Source: Geosiphon pyriformis uo1
Lineage: Eukaryota; Fungi; Glomeromycota
Reading direction: 5' to 3'
DNA: 64,000 nt
Assembly (NCBI GenBank): GCA_016748015.1
Contig: JAAOMT010000602.1
Span: forward strand, 1,129,696-1,193,695
Made by a program: the position numbers and the translations under genes. The notes under the pieces are model-generated. The model saw nothing but the letters and a program-made list of their open reading frames with translations. It searched no databases and was not told the origin of the DNA. Positions 11,471-27,107 of the stretch are shown one piece after another (position 1 is the first letter of the stretch; every line of letters begins with the position of its first letter).

Positions 11471-12827
11471 AGATAGTAGTTAAATTATACTTGTTAAACT
11501 TAATAATAAAAATAAAAATATATTATTTTTGCAATTTTTATCAAATTATTTTTAATATTATAATTTTAATATTTATTTTTTTAATTGATTAATTCAATAA
11601 TAAAAACAAAACAAAAGCAAAAAAAATAAAAAAATAAATATTTTATTAATAATTATTATTAAAAATTATTATTTTAATATATTAAAATTTTATTAATATT
11701 TATTACTTAAAAAATAACATAAATAAAATATTTATTTTTATTTTTTTGGTTTAAAATAATAAGTTTTATTAATTTGTAAATTGAATTAAAAATAGTTAAG
11801 TAAATAAAATATAAATTAATAAATTATATAATAATAATATTATTATTATTATAATATATATTTTAATAATACAAGATATTTTAATATTCTTAATTTTTTT
11901 TATATAATTTTTAGCTATTATTAATATTTTTAGAATTGTTAATATTTTACTTAAATTTTTAGTATTATATTATTTAATTAATTTTAATATATTATTAATT
12001 AAAATGAATTATATATTAATTATTAATTATTATTTTTAATTTTTTGATAAATAATATTGTTTAATAAAAACTAAATTATATTTATAAATATTTTAACAAT
12101 ATTTAAATAAATTGTTTTTTAGAATTTTTAATAATAATATATTTATATTTAAAAAATGTATTTATATCTAAACCAAACATAAAGTTTTTACAATTAATAA
12201 AAATTTTAATTATATTACCTAAAAAATTAAAAGTTTTAATTTATATAATAAATAATAATATATGAATTTATTTGAAAAATTTTTAAGTAAATTTATTTTA
12301 AACTTTAAATCTTTTTTAATAAAACATTTTATTTTTTATTTTTTTTTAATTTAAAAAGTTAAATAATAATTTAACATAAAGTTTAAAGATTTGGTTTTAT
12401 ATAAATAAAACATAAATTGTATTTATTATAAAATATTTGTTTTATATAAGTAAATAATAAAATTACATTTTGTAAAAACATTAAAAAAATTACAATTCTG
12501 TTGATTTATTAAAAATTCTCAGTTTTTTTAAAACTGCTTATTTTTAATTTTAATTATTTTAATTTACTTATTCAGATTGATTAAACATTATTTATTGATT
12601 TTAAAATAATAAAATAGTTTTTAAAAAACTTCCAACTATAAATAGTATTTTGCTTTGTTATGTGAAAAATTAAAATTAAATATTTTAATTCAACATCTTT
12701 TATTGTAAACCAAAAAATATATATAATTGATCGAATCACACTTTTTGCATAAAATTATCTATTGGTGCAATTTTTTCTTGCTTTTACCTTTGTTTCTCGA
12801 GAAGTTACATATGATACAAATTCTAAA

Positions 12828-13585
12828 ATGCCTTCAACGCAATTAGTAAAAAACCAGGTATCCCTTTCGAAAAACGGCGTCGGGGGCTTCATAATTCAAT
12901 GTCGTAAGATGGTTTTTCATTATTGCGAAAAGGGCGGAAGTAGTCGTGGAATGACGTAAGTGAAAAATTTAGTAAGAAACACAATAAAGCTTCTTTTTTG
13001 AGAACCTTAACTTGGCCTATAGAAGTATTTGGGGTCTCTATTTTTAAGGTTTGAGGATTTATTCTAATTATATCTTGAAAATTTTGTGATTTTTGGCCAT
13101 TTACGGAAAAATTGAATAATCATCAATCTGTGAATCGTTGCGTGTACTTAACAAAAACAGTGAATATGTTAAAGGTGGTTTGTTCAAGTTCGCTAAAGAG
13201 AATCCGGAAATCGAGATCGTGGTGAAACCGAGACCATCAAAACATCCTTGTATTCGTGGGATTTACCGTGAGTTTTTTTCTGACTCTTATTGTCGCCTTT
13301 TCTAAATCTTGCAATTTTATCTTTATAATTGTGCTTTTTTCTTGATAATATGTATTATTTATCCAGTTCTAGAATTTTCCTTTAATACATTTTGTAGTGA
13401 ACAACCGCGATAAGGTAATTTGTGTAAAAAACAAGACATCCGAACAAATCGAAGAATATGCACATTTGATCCGAGATTCAAGTGGGCTGTCAACTCGCAC
13501 CAGATTTAAGAAACCAGTTGTTTCAACAACGGAAAGCGTGCGTGGCATTTGGAGTCCGTTCCATACAAAAAAGCATGTGATTTAA
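12828..13585 (+). CDS. MRPL51: Mitochondrial ribosomal protein mL43 (L51/S25/CI-B8 family), 3 exons
   Basis: Exons 12828-12955, 13161-13267, 13398-13585 with GT-AG introns. Protein KNGVGGFIIQCRKMVFHYCEKGGSSRGM..FAKENPEIE..HPCIRGIYLNNRDKVICV matches the yeast Mrpl51 pattern. Confidence 0.9.
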
Positions 13586-14432
13586 GAGGTTAAAAATAAT
13601 CACTGATAATCCTGAGAGATTCCAATTGGATAAAAAAAATATCCACTGCAGGCACACAGGTAGAGGAAATTTTCTTTGAATTTTTTTATAAAAATTATGT
13701 ATTGACAAGAGGTCCTATGCTCTTTTGGGAGGAAGCATCACAGAAATTATAGTTTCCCAAGTAATAAATATGCAAATTTGGTATTTTTATTACTGTAACT
13801 TGATTAATCATTTGGAAATTAATAAGAGTTAAAGGTTATTTTCAGTACCGATTTGAAGGTTTCACACTTAAGGAAAATGAGAATCTATGTTTACAAAAAG
13901 GGCTCAAATATATCTTATACATCTCGTGAACACGATTAAAATTTTTTTATAGATATTTGGGTCCCCAGGTCAACAAATCAGTTAACAAGCAAGATACCAT
14001 TTTCATGACACATTTGCGAGAATAAAAAACTTTCAAGAGCAAAGGTGTATCGTGATATGTTTTTTATGTTCTGTTGCGCCACCTAATTTCAGGTCATCTT
14101 GCAATTAACCTATTTAGGCCAAGCTTTCGATTGTGCAACACTTTCTCGCTCGATTGTTAGATTTTAATGATTATGCCATCCAATATTATGTGTACCGTCT
14201 CCTAATTGAACTGATAACCCCTAATTAAACATACAATAACCTAAAACCTAACCACTTGTTCTCTAGACCCTCCGCAACCTTTTTACCCTCTGTATTTCGC
14301 TCGTTTGATTTTTCCCTGTTTCTTCAATTCCCTTCCTTCTATAAAAACCAAAATTGGTCTTTTGCTTTGAATTTAGCTCTTTGAATAAATATACATAATT
14401 TATAGATTGTTAGCTTGAACCGACTTTGTACG

Positions 14433-15353
<921 letters not shown>

Positions 15354-16949
15354 TCACAATGCGGAATCAGGGAGCCCCGCGTCCATATTATCCCCTTAAT
15401 TCTTTATTTCATTTTATATTTAAAATTTAAAAATAATACATATATACCCTCCTAAAGATATGTGGGAAACCACAAATTCAAAATTTTATTTTATTTTCTT
15501 TGGCCCTCTTTCCTGTTCATGAAAAGGAAAGTAAGGAACTTGGACGACTGGTAGTTTTCGGCATTAACCTTTTATCTAATTCATTTTGAAATTCCATAGT
15601 ATAATTTTGCATTATCTTCGGTTTTTCTACCATAGTACTTTTAAATACACTCACATAAGTAAAACGGGAATTTTTTAAACTTTGCCTTCCTGGATCAATT
15701 AAGCAAGCATATTTTGTTCCAATTGATGACAGTTGATAAAAATAGTATTTTTATATACACATATATTCTTTTGTCATTTCACATATAAATTTGTATCACT
15801 TTTCGAAATACTCCTTATGATTTTGGACCTCTGTCTTGTTTCGACTTAATTTTAATATATCGGAACGCGAGATGAGAATAAAAAAGCGACTCAAAAATAG
15901 TTGAATGGATTCTAGAATTTATGGAATACACTCGTTATCAGGACGATTTGTTTTTTATATATGGGTAATTGTTACTATAACGAGTGAAATTGAAATATAC
16001 CATGTACAAACTTAGATAATTACTTTTCGGATAAATATTAGAAATTTTTATAAAACGAAAATTTTTACATTCGGTTTTTATTTTTATGATATATTAATTG
16101 AATTATACATATATTAAAACTGTAAAAATATATTATATTAGCTAATTTTAATTTTGAATATTTAATAAATTAAACAATTAAAAAATATTTATATTTATAT
16201 TTAGAAACAAAAAGATTTTACAATAGTAATAAATTCTGCGTTTTATTATATTTTTGTTAAAAACAATTTTATACTTTAAAATAGATGTGGCTCATGCATT
16301 TTTTACACGTGACCAGTTATAATTAAATTTAAATTTGTACATAAATTATTATATTATTAGAAATTAAAATAATATGTTAATAAAACAAGAAATTTTTTGA
16401 TAATTTAAACAAATAACAAAAAATAATAAAAAATTTTAACAGAAATTAATTAAAAATATAAGTAATTTAATAAATATAAATAATTTCAAAATTACAATTG
16501 TTAATTGTTTTAAAAAAATCCGAAAATTATTTCTTAATTTATAATTGTTAATATAATATTATAATTTTATGTTTAATTCACAAGTATTAATTTTTTTAAT
16601 AATTTTTTTTAAATCATGGTTTTGTTTTTTTGCTTTTTAAAAATATAATAATATTATTATTATTATATATTGTATTAATATATATATTATTATTATAATA
16701 AATAAAAAACTCTTTATTTCATTAATTTTTTGTTTACAATAAGACCATTAAAATTTGGAAGAAAAAATTATATTTATTTTTTTTATATATTCTTATACTA
16801 AACTGTTTTTTTTAACACAAATTTATTTATAACTATAAAGTTAATTAACAGTTTAACTAAAACTGTAAAATTTTTTTTTTTCTTGTCAATCCTCTGGCTA
16901 TAATAAAAACGGAAAATTTATTGAAAAACTAGCTTTTTTTTTCTCCTTT

Positions 16950-18960
16950 TTTTTTTGTTTTTTTTAATTGTTTTTTCTCACACAAATTTTTTTGTTGTGA
17001 TAAAACTGGTAAACATACTTGTTAGTAGTTTTGGTTCTGGTTTAACTGGTTTGAGAACTTATTTAAGCACCAAAAAAAAACATGTAAAAAGCATCTACTT
17101 TTATAGTGCATTTTACAAAAAACCCAAAAAGTCTGTAGTCAATAATGTGATTGATTTGTCTGCTGGTTTTCTGAGCCTAAAAGATATTGATAAAGCTGAT
17201 ATCAAACTGGTAGTGTTCTAAACAAGCAATGTTAATAGTATTGTAAGTAGTATTAGTGGTCTTTTAGATGTTGAGAATATAAAAAATACAGTTGTTGAAG
17301 AAATGAGTTATGCAAATTCAGATACTTTGATAAGTAATAAGTATATGGACAAAACCATGTTAAGAAAAACTTATACTTAAACATATGTGTTGGGCCATTT
17401 TCTAAAAACACTTTTATTTATTAATATAAGCAATAATAACAATATTCTGGTGCTTCTGTTTCTTAAGTTTATTGGCTTTAAACAGTTGCTGTTGGTCAAA
17501 TTATGTGTTTAGAAAAGTGAAACTTCAAGTTTGTTAAATCATTCACATTAAATATTAAGTTGTCTGCTGTGTCCAGCAAAACTATTAGTAATAAGTTAAT
17601 TGCTGTAAAAAAATTTTTTTATTATATAGATGGTTTTAGAAAAGCCACCACTCCCTCAAAACTTTTTGAGATAATTAAATCTTCTTTTACATTTGAGTTG
17701 AGTTTGAAAAAAACAAAAAAATTGGTAGTTAATGAGAAAATTCTGGTTAATAATAATATTAAAAAACCAAACAACCATATAAATCAGGAGATAATTGTTA
17801 AGAAAATTTTGGTTAATTTTTTCAAATTAGCTATGGAATCTGTTTTTTCCAAATTTAATAGGATGGTTTTAATTAAAATGCAGTTAATTAGTCTTTGGCA
17901 AAAGACTTTTATGGAGTTTGAGTTATGAAATATTGCTGGTTTGGTTGTTTTCAAATAGTTAATTTTTATGAAAAAAGATTTTATGCATATGGCTTTGGTA
18001 GTTAATAACAAATAGTTATGAATTTTTAGAGATCTTTATTGAACTTTGTTATATATTTTGTCTGTGAGCATTATTGCTTATGATCTTTCTAATTTATTGG
18101 AATTATATAATGAGAAAATCTGTTTTATTAGTTGTAATCTTTTTTTTATATGTGTAATAAGTGTGTTATAGTTTGTTTTGCTAATAAGAAATTTAAAATT
18201 GCTGTCATTAGTTTTATTTCAGTTTTTAAGAATGTAAATTTATGTTGGACTGATCTTTTTTTAACTTGTTGTGCTTAGTATAAACAATTTAGTTATGTTT
18301 CTGGTATGTGTTTAGTAAGTGAAAATTCTAGTGGTTACAGTAAACAGTTGGTGAATTTTTAGAATCAGATTCATTTGGCAAATATTTATAAAAAAAAACA
18401 GAGACCAATTATCTATCTAGTGTTTTTTGGAAAAAAAACTTGAATTCAAATTGCCAGTAGTTCTGCTTTTTACATAGTGTCTTTGGTTTTTTTTGGTGCT
18501 GGTTTATTTTTGGATGTTAAATCTTTTCTGCTGGTTTTTTTGTATGTAAGTAATAGATTTACCACTTTTAAGCACAGTTTTATCAGTCTTACAAAGCAGA
18601 TTAATAAGCTGACTAAGAAGTTGGATGCATTTAAGCCAATAGTTTTCCAGTATAATTCTGAATATTAGCTGTTGGTAATTTTTTCATCACAGAATCAATA
18701 GTAATAAGTAAAAGTTTGAATACAGTCACTTATAGTAAAACTATTATAAGAGTAAGATATGTTAATTGTTTTATAATTGAAGAAAAATATAGACAATTTG
18801 TTAGCTATAGTTATGGGCTTAATAGTCAAGATAAACAATTTTAATTTGGATGCAAAAGATTTTTTTTTTCACTAATAGATCTGGTTTGGAAAATTGCTAT
18901 TTGTAATATTAAAGATCTTAATATCTTTATTAAGCAAGAAGATATTATTCATTAGTATAT
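16950..18960 (+). mobile_element. Truncated, degenerate LINE fragment (ORF1 and start of ORF2 endonuclease)
   Basis: Homologous to ORF1 of the 28850-35560 LINE. The start of ORF2 (LVWKIAICNI...KQEDII) at ~18880 is cut off at ~18960. Confidence 0.7.
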
Positions 18961-21900
18961 AAATATTTAAAAAAATCTTTGGCAGAAAACCTAGCAAAAA
19001 AGCCAAATACAGCTATTGGTGGCATGGTTTTTGTGCCAGGTGCTGGTATGATAAATTTTTGTATTCTCTTAATAATAAATACAAATTTTGTCTAATCTAC
19101 TACAAAGATTGGGAGCCAATTAGCTTAATACTAAGAGAAGAATTAAAAGAAGTCCAAAAGTTCTTAGAGAGTGAATCACTTGAGATTTAATCACTTATAG
19201 TAAAACAAAGAGAACTCTTCTCAAAAGAAAGAAAAATAGATATTGAAAATTTGTTGGCTAGAAATAGTCCAGTTATCTCAAAAAAAAGTGATACTTTTGG
19301 ATAAACCCATGTAATACAACATATCATCACCACTAAAGAAACTTGCCTCATCTATTTGAAATCTTATTAATTCAATTGGCACAATAATAAGTTTATCAAG
19401 AAAGAGATAAACTAAATAAAAAATTTTGAATTCATACAAAAAACCAAGAGTAAATGAGCTTTTTTAGTTATAATAGTATTAAAAAAAGATAGAACTTTAC
19501 ACTTCTGTGTCAATTATTGCCAATTAAATGCCATTACTATAAGAGACATGTACCCACTTTTCAAAATTGATGCAATGCTAAACAAATTCAATGATGCTGC
19601 TTTTTTTTCAACTATTAACTTAACTGTTGAATTTTGGCAAGTAGAGATAGATTCAGAAAGCAGAAAAAAAACTGCCTTTATTACCAAATATGGCACCTAT
19701 AAATTCACAGTTATGTTTTTTGGTCTCACCAATGTTTCTCTCACTTTTCAATGTTTAATGGACAAAATATTTGAATCAATAAAAGAAAACTTTGTTCTAG
19801 TCTACTTGGACAACATAATAGTATATTCAAAAATCTGGAATGAATATTTTAAACACTTGCAAAAGGTTTTTGATCTTCTTAAAAATGCTGGCTTTAAGAT
19901 AAATCCAATCAAATTTTTTTTGAATATTAATCCATTCAGTTTCTTGGTCATTTTATTACAAAAAATAGAATTTTCTCTGATTTAACTAAGATTAAAAAAG
20001 TCCAGAACATTAGACAACCAATGAATGTTTCTAAATTATGCTCTTTTCTTGGTTTGGCTTCTTACTATTACAAATTTATTAAAAATTTCTCCAAAATTGT
20101 CTTTTCTTTTAATCAGCTACTCAGGAAAAATATCAATTATTACTGGGCACTAATCAACAAAAAGCTTTTGAAACTCTAAAAGAAAAACTTGTTACTGAAC
20201 CAATCCTTAAACAACCTGATTTAGACCAATCTTTTATCTTGTATACTAATATATCTGGCTATAGACTTGGTGCTGTTTTTTCACAAAAAAATGAAGATGA
20301 TAGAGAACATACTATAGTATATATTAATAAAACTCTCATATCAGCAAAAAAGAACTATTTAGTTACTAAACAAGAATACTTAGCAGTAGTTTGGACTATT
20401 AGTTATTGAAATCAATATTTTCTTGGTGTGAAATTTTTAGTAATAACAAATCATTAAACTTTGGTTTGACTGCACAACAAAAAAAACTGGAACACAAATA
20501 AATAACTCACTAAATACTTTATTTGGATAAATTTGATTATGATATTCAACACTACAAAAGAGCAAATCATTAAAATGGCAATGCTTTCTCTATACTTACC
20601 ATTTAATAATAATACAACCTTTCAACCAAATCAACTTAATTATTAGTAACTTTCTCATAAACAAACATGATAATAGACTTAAACAACTACTTTGCCTTAA
20701 TAAAATTTTTGAATAAAAAACAATACCCACCAGAATACACTTGACAACAAAGAGAATATTTGCATAAACAATTAAATTTTTATTTAATTTGCCAAAACTA
20801 GTTATATAAAAGAAATAGAAAAGATCCTGATCATTCCTAGAGAGTTATTAGATTTGAAGAAAAAGAAATTGTAATATACAACATATATACTGATTCATTA
20901 GCTAAATACTTTGAAAAAACAAAAACAATTCAAAAAACTTTAGCTTACTATTATTAGTCTATCTTGAAAAAAACATTACTGAATACATAAAAACCTATAA
21001 TACTTGTCAAAAAAGAAACAAACCCAATCAAAAAGAAAATATTCATCCAATTTTTATTGGCCAACTATTTGACAAAATTGGTATAGATGTTATTAAATCT
21101 TTAACAATAACTTCTGATAACAACAGATATATTATTACAGCTACCAACTATCTTACAAAGTAGATAAAAGCAAGAGCCATCTTAAATTAAACAGTAGTTT
21201 CAATAGCCAATTTCATTTATGAAAATATTATCTGCTATTATAGCTGCTCCAAAAAACTATTATCTAATAGAGGAAGAACTTTTCTCAATACACTGGTTAA
21301 AGAACTTTGTAAAAAAATGGGAATACATTATAAACTTTTTTTTCCTTATTACCCTCAAACAAATAGCCTAGTAGAATGTTTTAATAGAATACTATGTGAA
21401 ATCTTAGCCAAAACCAGTAAAAAAACAAACTTATAGAACAAAGTACTGTCTTTAGCTTTGTTTGCTTATAGAACTGTGAATCATGACATAACAAATTATA
21501 AACCTTTATCTGTTCTATAAATACATAGCAACACTACCAATAGAAACTAACATTAAAACAATACTCTTTAAAAAAATTACAATAGAAAATTATAAAAACA
21601 TTTTGCAAAAAAAACTTAATACCATTCTTGACTTCTTGGTAGAAACATGAATAATTGCTTTTAAAAAGATAAAATAGTTCTAAGAAAAACTTAAAAAGAA
21701 AAAAAAAATCTATAAAACACTTTTCTTAAGTGTTGACAACTTAATATTAGAATACTGTTCAGACAAAGACAATGTCTATGGTAATAAATTCTTTAATTAG
21801 TAAAAAAAAATTTTTATAGTCAACAAAATTTTGAACAATAATTCTTATATTCTTTAAGATCAATCCGAAACAATCTTTAATAATTATTCTGTTTATGGTA

Positions 21901-21996
21901 TATAACTCAAAAAATATCATAAACGACCTAATTGGTTGCCCATTATGGTAATACTGACTCAAATAATCAGCAAAAATCAAGTATAAATAAATACAT

Positions 21997-23041
21997 TATT
22001 ATCCGAGTAGAAAAACTGATTTAAAGTTATGAAAAAACATGACCAAAACGTAACATAACACAGAATAGTGCACAATAACATTGGATAATGCATTATAACT
22101 TAGGATAATACAGGATAATACATTAGAATATGAGATAACACAAAATAACATGTAATAACACCAGATAATGTATTATAACATAGAATAACTAGTAATAACA
22201 TAAAAAAACAAAGCAATTACAGAAATAGTAAAACAATAGTTAGAAATAACAGAACAGTTAGAAAGCAATCTTATAAAACCAAAAAAATGTATAAAAACAA
22301 GTAGTGAAAAAAGGTAGAAAAAGACAGATATCTAGATACAAACCACTAGACAAGAATTAAATTTCCTTACTCCTTCTATCATTTATTCTATCATTTATTC
22401 TATTCTATATTTATTTTCTGAAATAAATTAATTATTGAGAAATCAAAATCACGAATTCATGTTCTTAAACTTTGGAGAATTTATGTAAATTAACTATTGT
22501 TTCATATATTTGTTTTAAAACAGATGCTTTTAGCATAACTGTCTTGAACTATTAATGATTTGGACCAGTCACTCTTGATTATGACAATTGACAATACTAA
22601 TTTATTTTTTTTTATTTTTTTTATTTTTATTTTTATTTATTTATTTTCTCTTGTAGAGTGGCAACATAGTAAAATTAACTGTCTGAAAATAAACTTTGTA
22701 ATAACCTGGTAAAAGAGAAAAGCTCCCTCTAAGTTTTGAATATTAACACTATTTTGGTAGCTTACCAGAAGGACAAAAAAACAATGCCAAATTCTAACAA
22801 CTGTATTTGTTAACTTGGAAAAGATAGCTCATATTTATAAGAAGTTGCAATTAACAAAAGCCAAAAAAACTCTGTGCTTTATAACCAAAAAACTCAATAA
22901 ATAAATTTACAACCAGTAGATAAGACTTTTAAAGACTAATAATCAAGACTAAATCAATAGAATTATGCAAAACATGTATTATTGATAATTGAGAGCACCA
23001 AATGTTATCATTTTCCTACTTTACCAAGTTTATCTGTAACA
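21997..23041 (+). repeat. Solo LTR, family D (1045 bp), TSD ACAT
   Basis: T(A)TTATCC...GTAACA termini flanked by ACAT. Removing it restores the family B sequence seen at ~38160-38190. Confidence 0.8.
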
Positions 23042-23350
23042 ACATCATTCCCAAAACAGAGATATCTTCAATTAACATAAATAATTATTTTCTGGATCAA
23101 AACATTCAAAACACTTTCTATATTTTTTATAAGTATTAGATCAAAAACTATCCAAATGCTACTCTAACTATTAGAAAATAGACTACTATAACTGATAATA
23201 GTAAAACATATACTGTTATTAGACCAAAGAAAACTACTACCAGAAGAGAAAAAATCAGTAGCAAAATAGATAAATATCTGCTAGAAAGTATAACAGCAAC
23301 AATATTTTTACTTTTCAGCACAATTGAAAAAACAATCCAAGAAATTTTGC

Positions 23351-24114
23351 TGTTACAAGAGATTTTTCTTGGTATATTTTTAATTGTTGATATTCTGTTT
23401 TAATTGCAATCAGTTTCTCGTGAGTTCCTTGATTTTATGTGTTGAATATTAATGATAATGTACTGAAGGTTTTCTCTTGATGTTGTAATATAAGCCTTTT
23501 TTTTAATTCTAGTTGTCTTTGTATGTTGTGTACTCTTTCTCAGAGGCTAATCTGAAATCTACCCACTGTTTGGGGTCTTTTCTGAAGCTATCTTTGTAAT
23601 TGTCTAATGTGTTTTTCTAATCTAGAAACATGAAATGTTAATGGCTTTTTTGTGATTTCCCTAAGTATATAATAAAGCTTTTTTAATTTAATTAGTAACC
23701 ATATGAATAATCTTGATTAGAGATTATTCTTCCAAAGGGTTCAAAGATGGAATGATAGTTTCATTTGCTAGAGAGGATATGTGAATTCTATTGTTAATCT
23801 CGTAATTGTGATGTTCATTCAATTTATTATTTTTTATTAATTCTTTTTTTAAATAAGATTTTATTTAGATATTTGTTGCTTTGAATTGAAGCTGTTTTTT
23901 CTTCATCATTAAAAACTATTGTATATATATATAATTATTGTTTTACAAAATAATGTCTTGTAATACTCTATTTCTATTATTTTTAAATAGTGCTTGCTGC
24001 TTTTGCACAATAGTGCTTGCTGTTATTTGTAAATTATTTCTTTTTATAAATTGTTGCTGTACTATTTTATGATTGGCTAATTTATAATTCCTATTAAATT
24101 CTTGAATTGTAATA
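23351..24114. repeat. Solo LTR, family C, TSD TTGC
   Basis: TGTTACA...TGTAATA flanked by TTGC; homologous to 36482..37356; splits the family B 3' ORF. Confidence 0.85.
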
Positions 24115-24470
24115 TTGCTTATAAACAAAAACTTGTTATATGGAAGACAATTAGAACTCTATGGTTACTTTAATAAAATCATAAAGGACATGAAATTAAT
24201 GAAGAAAACAACTCTTAAGATACAGACAGAAATTTTGGACATTATATGGTTAGATGTTTCAAGAGTTTTAACTATTACTAAAAGAACCAAAACTCTAATA
24301 CAAAGATTTGGTCTCTTAGATACAAAACTCATTTTGCCTCAAGTATTATATATTCTATTCACAAAAGACTTCAACAAACTAGTTAGCTTTGAGTTAGACA
24401 AAATCTTTCAAATAGATTACACTATAAATAGCTTAATTTTGCCAGAACTTAATCTTTTTGGAAAGGATAA

Positions 24471-25221
24471 TATTATGGTTAAAACTCATACTTTTTATTA
24501 GTTATCACATGTATTAATTACTGATATCATATAATTAGCCACCCTATTTTTAGATAGTAATTATTGACTTAATCAATAACCTAATTATTGATCTGATTAT
24601 TGATCTGATTATTGACTTAATCAATAACCTGATAATTGACCTGATTATTGACCTAATTATTGAACTAATCATTAATCTGATTATTGACTATTTTTGATAG
24701 CTATATAAACAATGAATTTCTTAGCTGTAAAAAGACATGTCAAAAATCAAAAAAATAAAATAAATAAAATAACAACTTTCATTTCAATTCTTCTCTTATC
24801 ACTAATTTTTCTTTTCTTATCTTCAAGTATTCAAACATCTTAGAATAAAAAATTACTTATTGGTTATTTCCTATTTTTTTCTGAAACATGTAATTGTAGT
24901 ATTTGAAAATTATTGAATAAAACATAATTGAAGAATATATCTAATACCTAATATTGAATTCTAAGAATGCCAATGTAAGACATAGAATTATATCAGTGTA
25001 TGATTATTTGTTGACAGTATGAACTATTTTTCTACTTTTAGATTCCTCGGTTATCTTTTGAAAAGTATAATAACTAAGATATTTTATGAGACTAATCTTG
25101 CACATTAAATTCATACTTATTTAATTTGCTTTTTGAAATTGAATTTCTTTTGATTTCTTTTATCATCCTACAATCTTGTTTTTCCTTGCTACTTGTTAGT
25201 TTGTTACTCCAACTCATAACA
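24471..25221 (+). repeat. 3' LTR of old family B copy with expanded 12-bp tandem array
   Basis: Reverse-complement match to 44834..45463; about 10 units like CTGATTATTGAC at ~24558-24690. Confidence 0.85.
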
Positions 25222-27107
25222 TCATTAATTATCTTATACTCCTCCCTTTAAAAGGTAGTTTTTTACAACTTGAAATGAAATTAAATTACATATTAATAAA
25301 ATATCAATTATTACTTAAATTCATATTATTATTACTTGATTAATAGAATCTTAAACACTTTCATTCTATCAACACTTTATGTTGATAAAATTCAACACTT
25401 GACTATACTGAACCAATAGCTCTTAATTATGACTATTGACAGAATACTAATTTCTTACTTTTCTTTTCATTTTTTTTTATTTTTTTATTTCTTTTGTTTG
25501 TTTATTGATTTACTAATTGATTAAAAGATTAAGCATTGAGTATTTTAACATTAAGAATAGCATGATAAAAAACCCAAAAATAAGGGTATAAGACTTAAAA
25601 AATTGAAAATAGCTTACCAGAAAAACATAACTATTAAAATAAATTGGTTAATATACTAAAAAAAAAAATTGATGGAATAATCATTTTAAGAGACTACTAA
25701 TACAACCATTGAATCTCTGTTCATTATACAAAGAACTCAACCAAAACCTTCAGATTACCAAAAATTTTCAGATCATGAAAACCTTTAAATATTACTAACT
25801 ATACAAGTTATTAAGCATCAAGTTAAATTTTGTTATTTATACCAACATCTCATATAATTACTTATAACAATGCTTAATAGCTGTTAATAATAGTGTTTTT
25901 TAAAAGTTTTTTGAAGTCTAAAGGTTTTAGTTGAGTCTTTTATATAATAGACAGAGATTTAATTAATGGTTTTTTTTTAATTTTTGTTTTTAGCATAATA
26001 ACCAGTTTATTTTAACAGTTATATTCTTCTGGTAAGCTATTTTTAAGTTTTTCTACTTTTGTTTTATGAGTCTTTTACCGGCTATCTTTGATATTAATTA
26101 CTTAATACTTAATTTTTTAATTAATTAGTAAACAAAAAAAAATAAAACAAAACAAAATAAAAAAAAATAAAAAAAAAAATAAGAAATTAATATCTTATTA
26201 ATAGTTATAATCAAAAGTTATTGGTTCAGTATGATTAAGTATTGAATTCTATTAACATAGATTGTTAATAGTACAAAAGTGATTAATATTTTTTAATTAA
26301 ATAATAACAATATAAATTAGATAATAATAAATATTTTTGTTGATATAGATATAATTTTACTTTAAGTTATAGAAAACTATTTTTTAAAAAAAGGTATTGG
26401 ATAATTACTTATCTTTAATTACTGTTTTTGCTACTGTTTTAACACTCTTGCTATATATATATAATTTGTATTATACAAAATCTTACATATTTCTACTTTT
26501 TTTTTATGTTACTTTCTGGAAATATGTTTATTTTTAAACATGTGTCATAATTTTCTGAATATATGCTTATTTATTGAGTATTATTCTCCTATTAGTTTAT
26601 TTTGTGATTTGTTTTTTCTATTTTTTTTGGTACTTTTTTTTTCATAAATAATAACAGTTTATATTAAGAGTATTTGGCCTAAAACAATGATAAAAAAAAC
26701 AATCAATTTAATTTTAACAACACAAATTTGGAATCATGTATAAATAAATTAAACAATATTTTTATTTAATTGTAAATATAAGAATATAGAAAAAATAAGA
26801 TAAAAAAATTTATTAAGTTTTAAAATTGAGATTTGTTTTTTATACATATTTTTTAATTTTATAAAATTGCTTTCAATTATTTATTATTATTAATTATTAC
26901 TTACTATTTTTGTTGTTGCTTTGTTTTTTTATATTATAACTAATTATATTATATATTATGGCTAGTTATTCTGTACTATTTTATATTAATGTGTATTATT
27001 TTGTATTATTCTAAATTATTATGTATTATTTTGTGTTATTTTATATTATTATATTTTAATTACGTTTTTTTAATGGTTTTTAAATTGGTTTTTTTACTTG
27101 GATAATA
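25222..27107. repeat. Two oppositely oriented family D-like LTR remnants (25222..25869 +; ~25980..27107 -)
   Basis: 25230-25640 matches the reverse complement of ~25990-26410; 26950-27107 matches the reverse complement of 21997-22200. Confidence 0.6.

Larger units (their letters stand above)
18960..25221 (+). mobile_element. Old, 5'-truncated Ty3/Gypsy copy, family B
   Basis: Colinear, heavily G>A/C>T mutated copy of 35954..41200 (RT 19548..19985, RNase H, integrase, 3' ORF). 3' LTR at 24471..25221 follows PPT GGAAAGGATAA. Confidence 0.9.

Noticed and set aside
24558-24690. CRISPR-like array or nuclear-receptor AGGTCA elements
   Set aside because: These are spacerless 12-bp tandem units inside an LTR of a fungus, which has neither CRISPR nor nuclear receptors.
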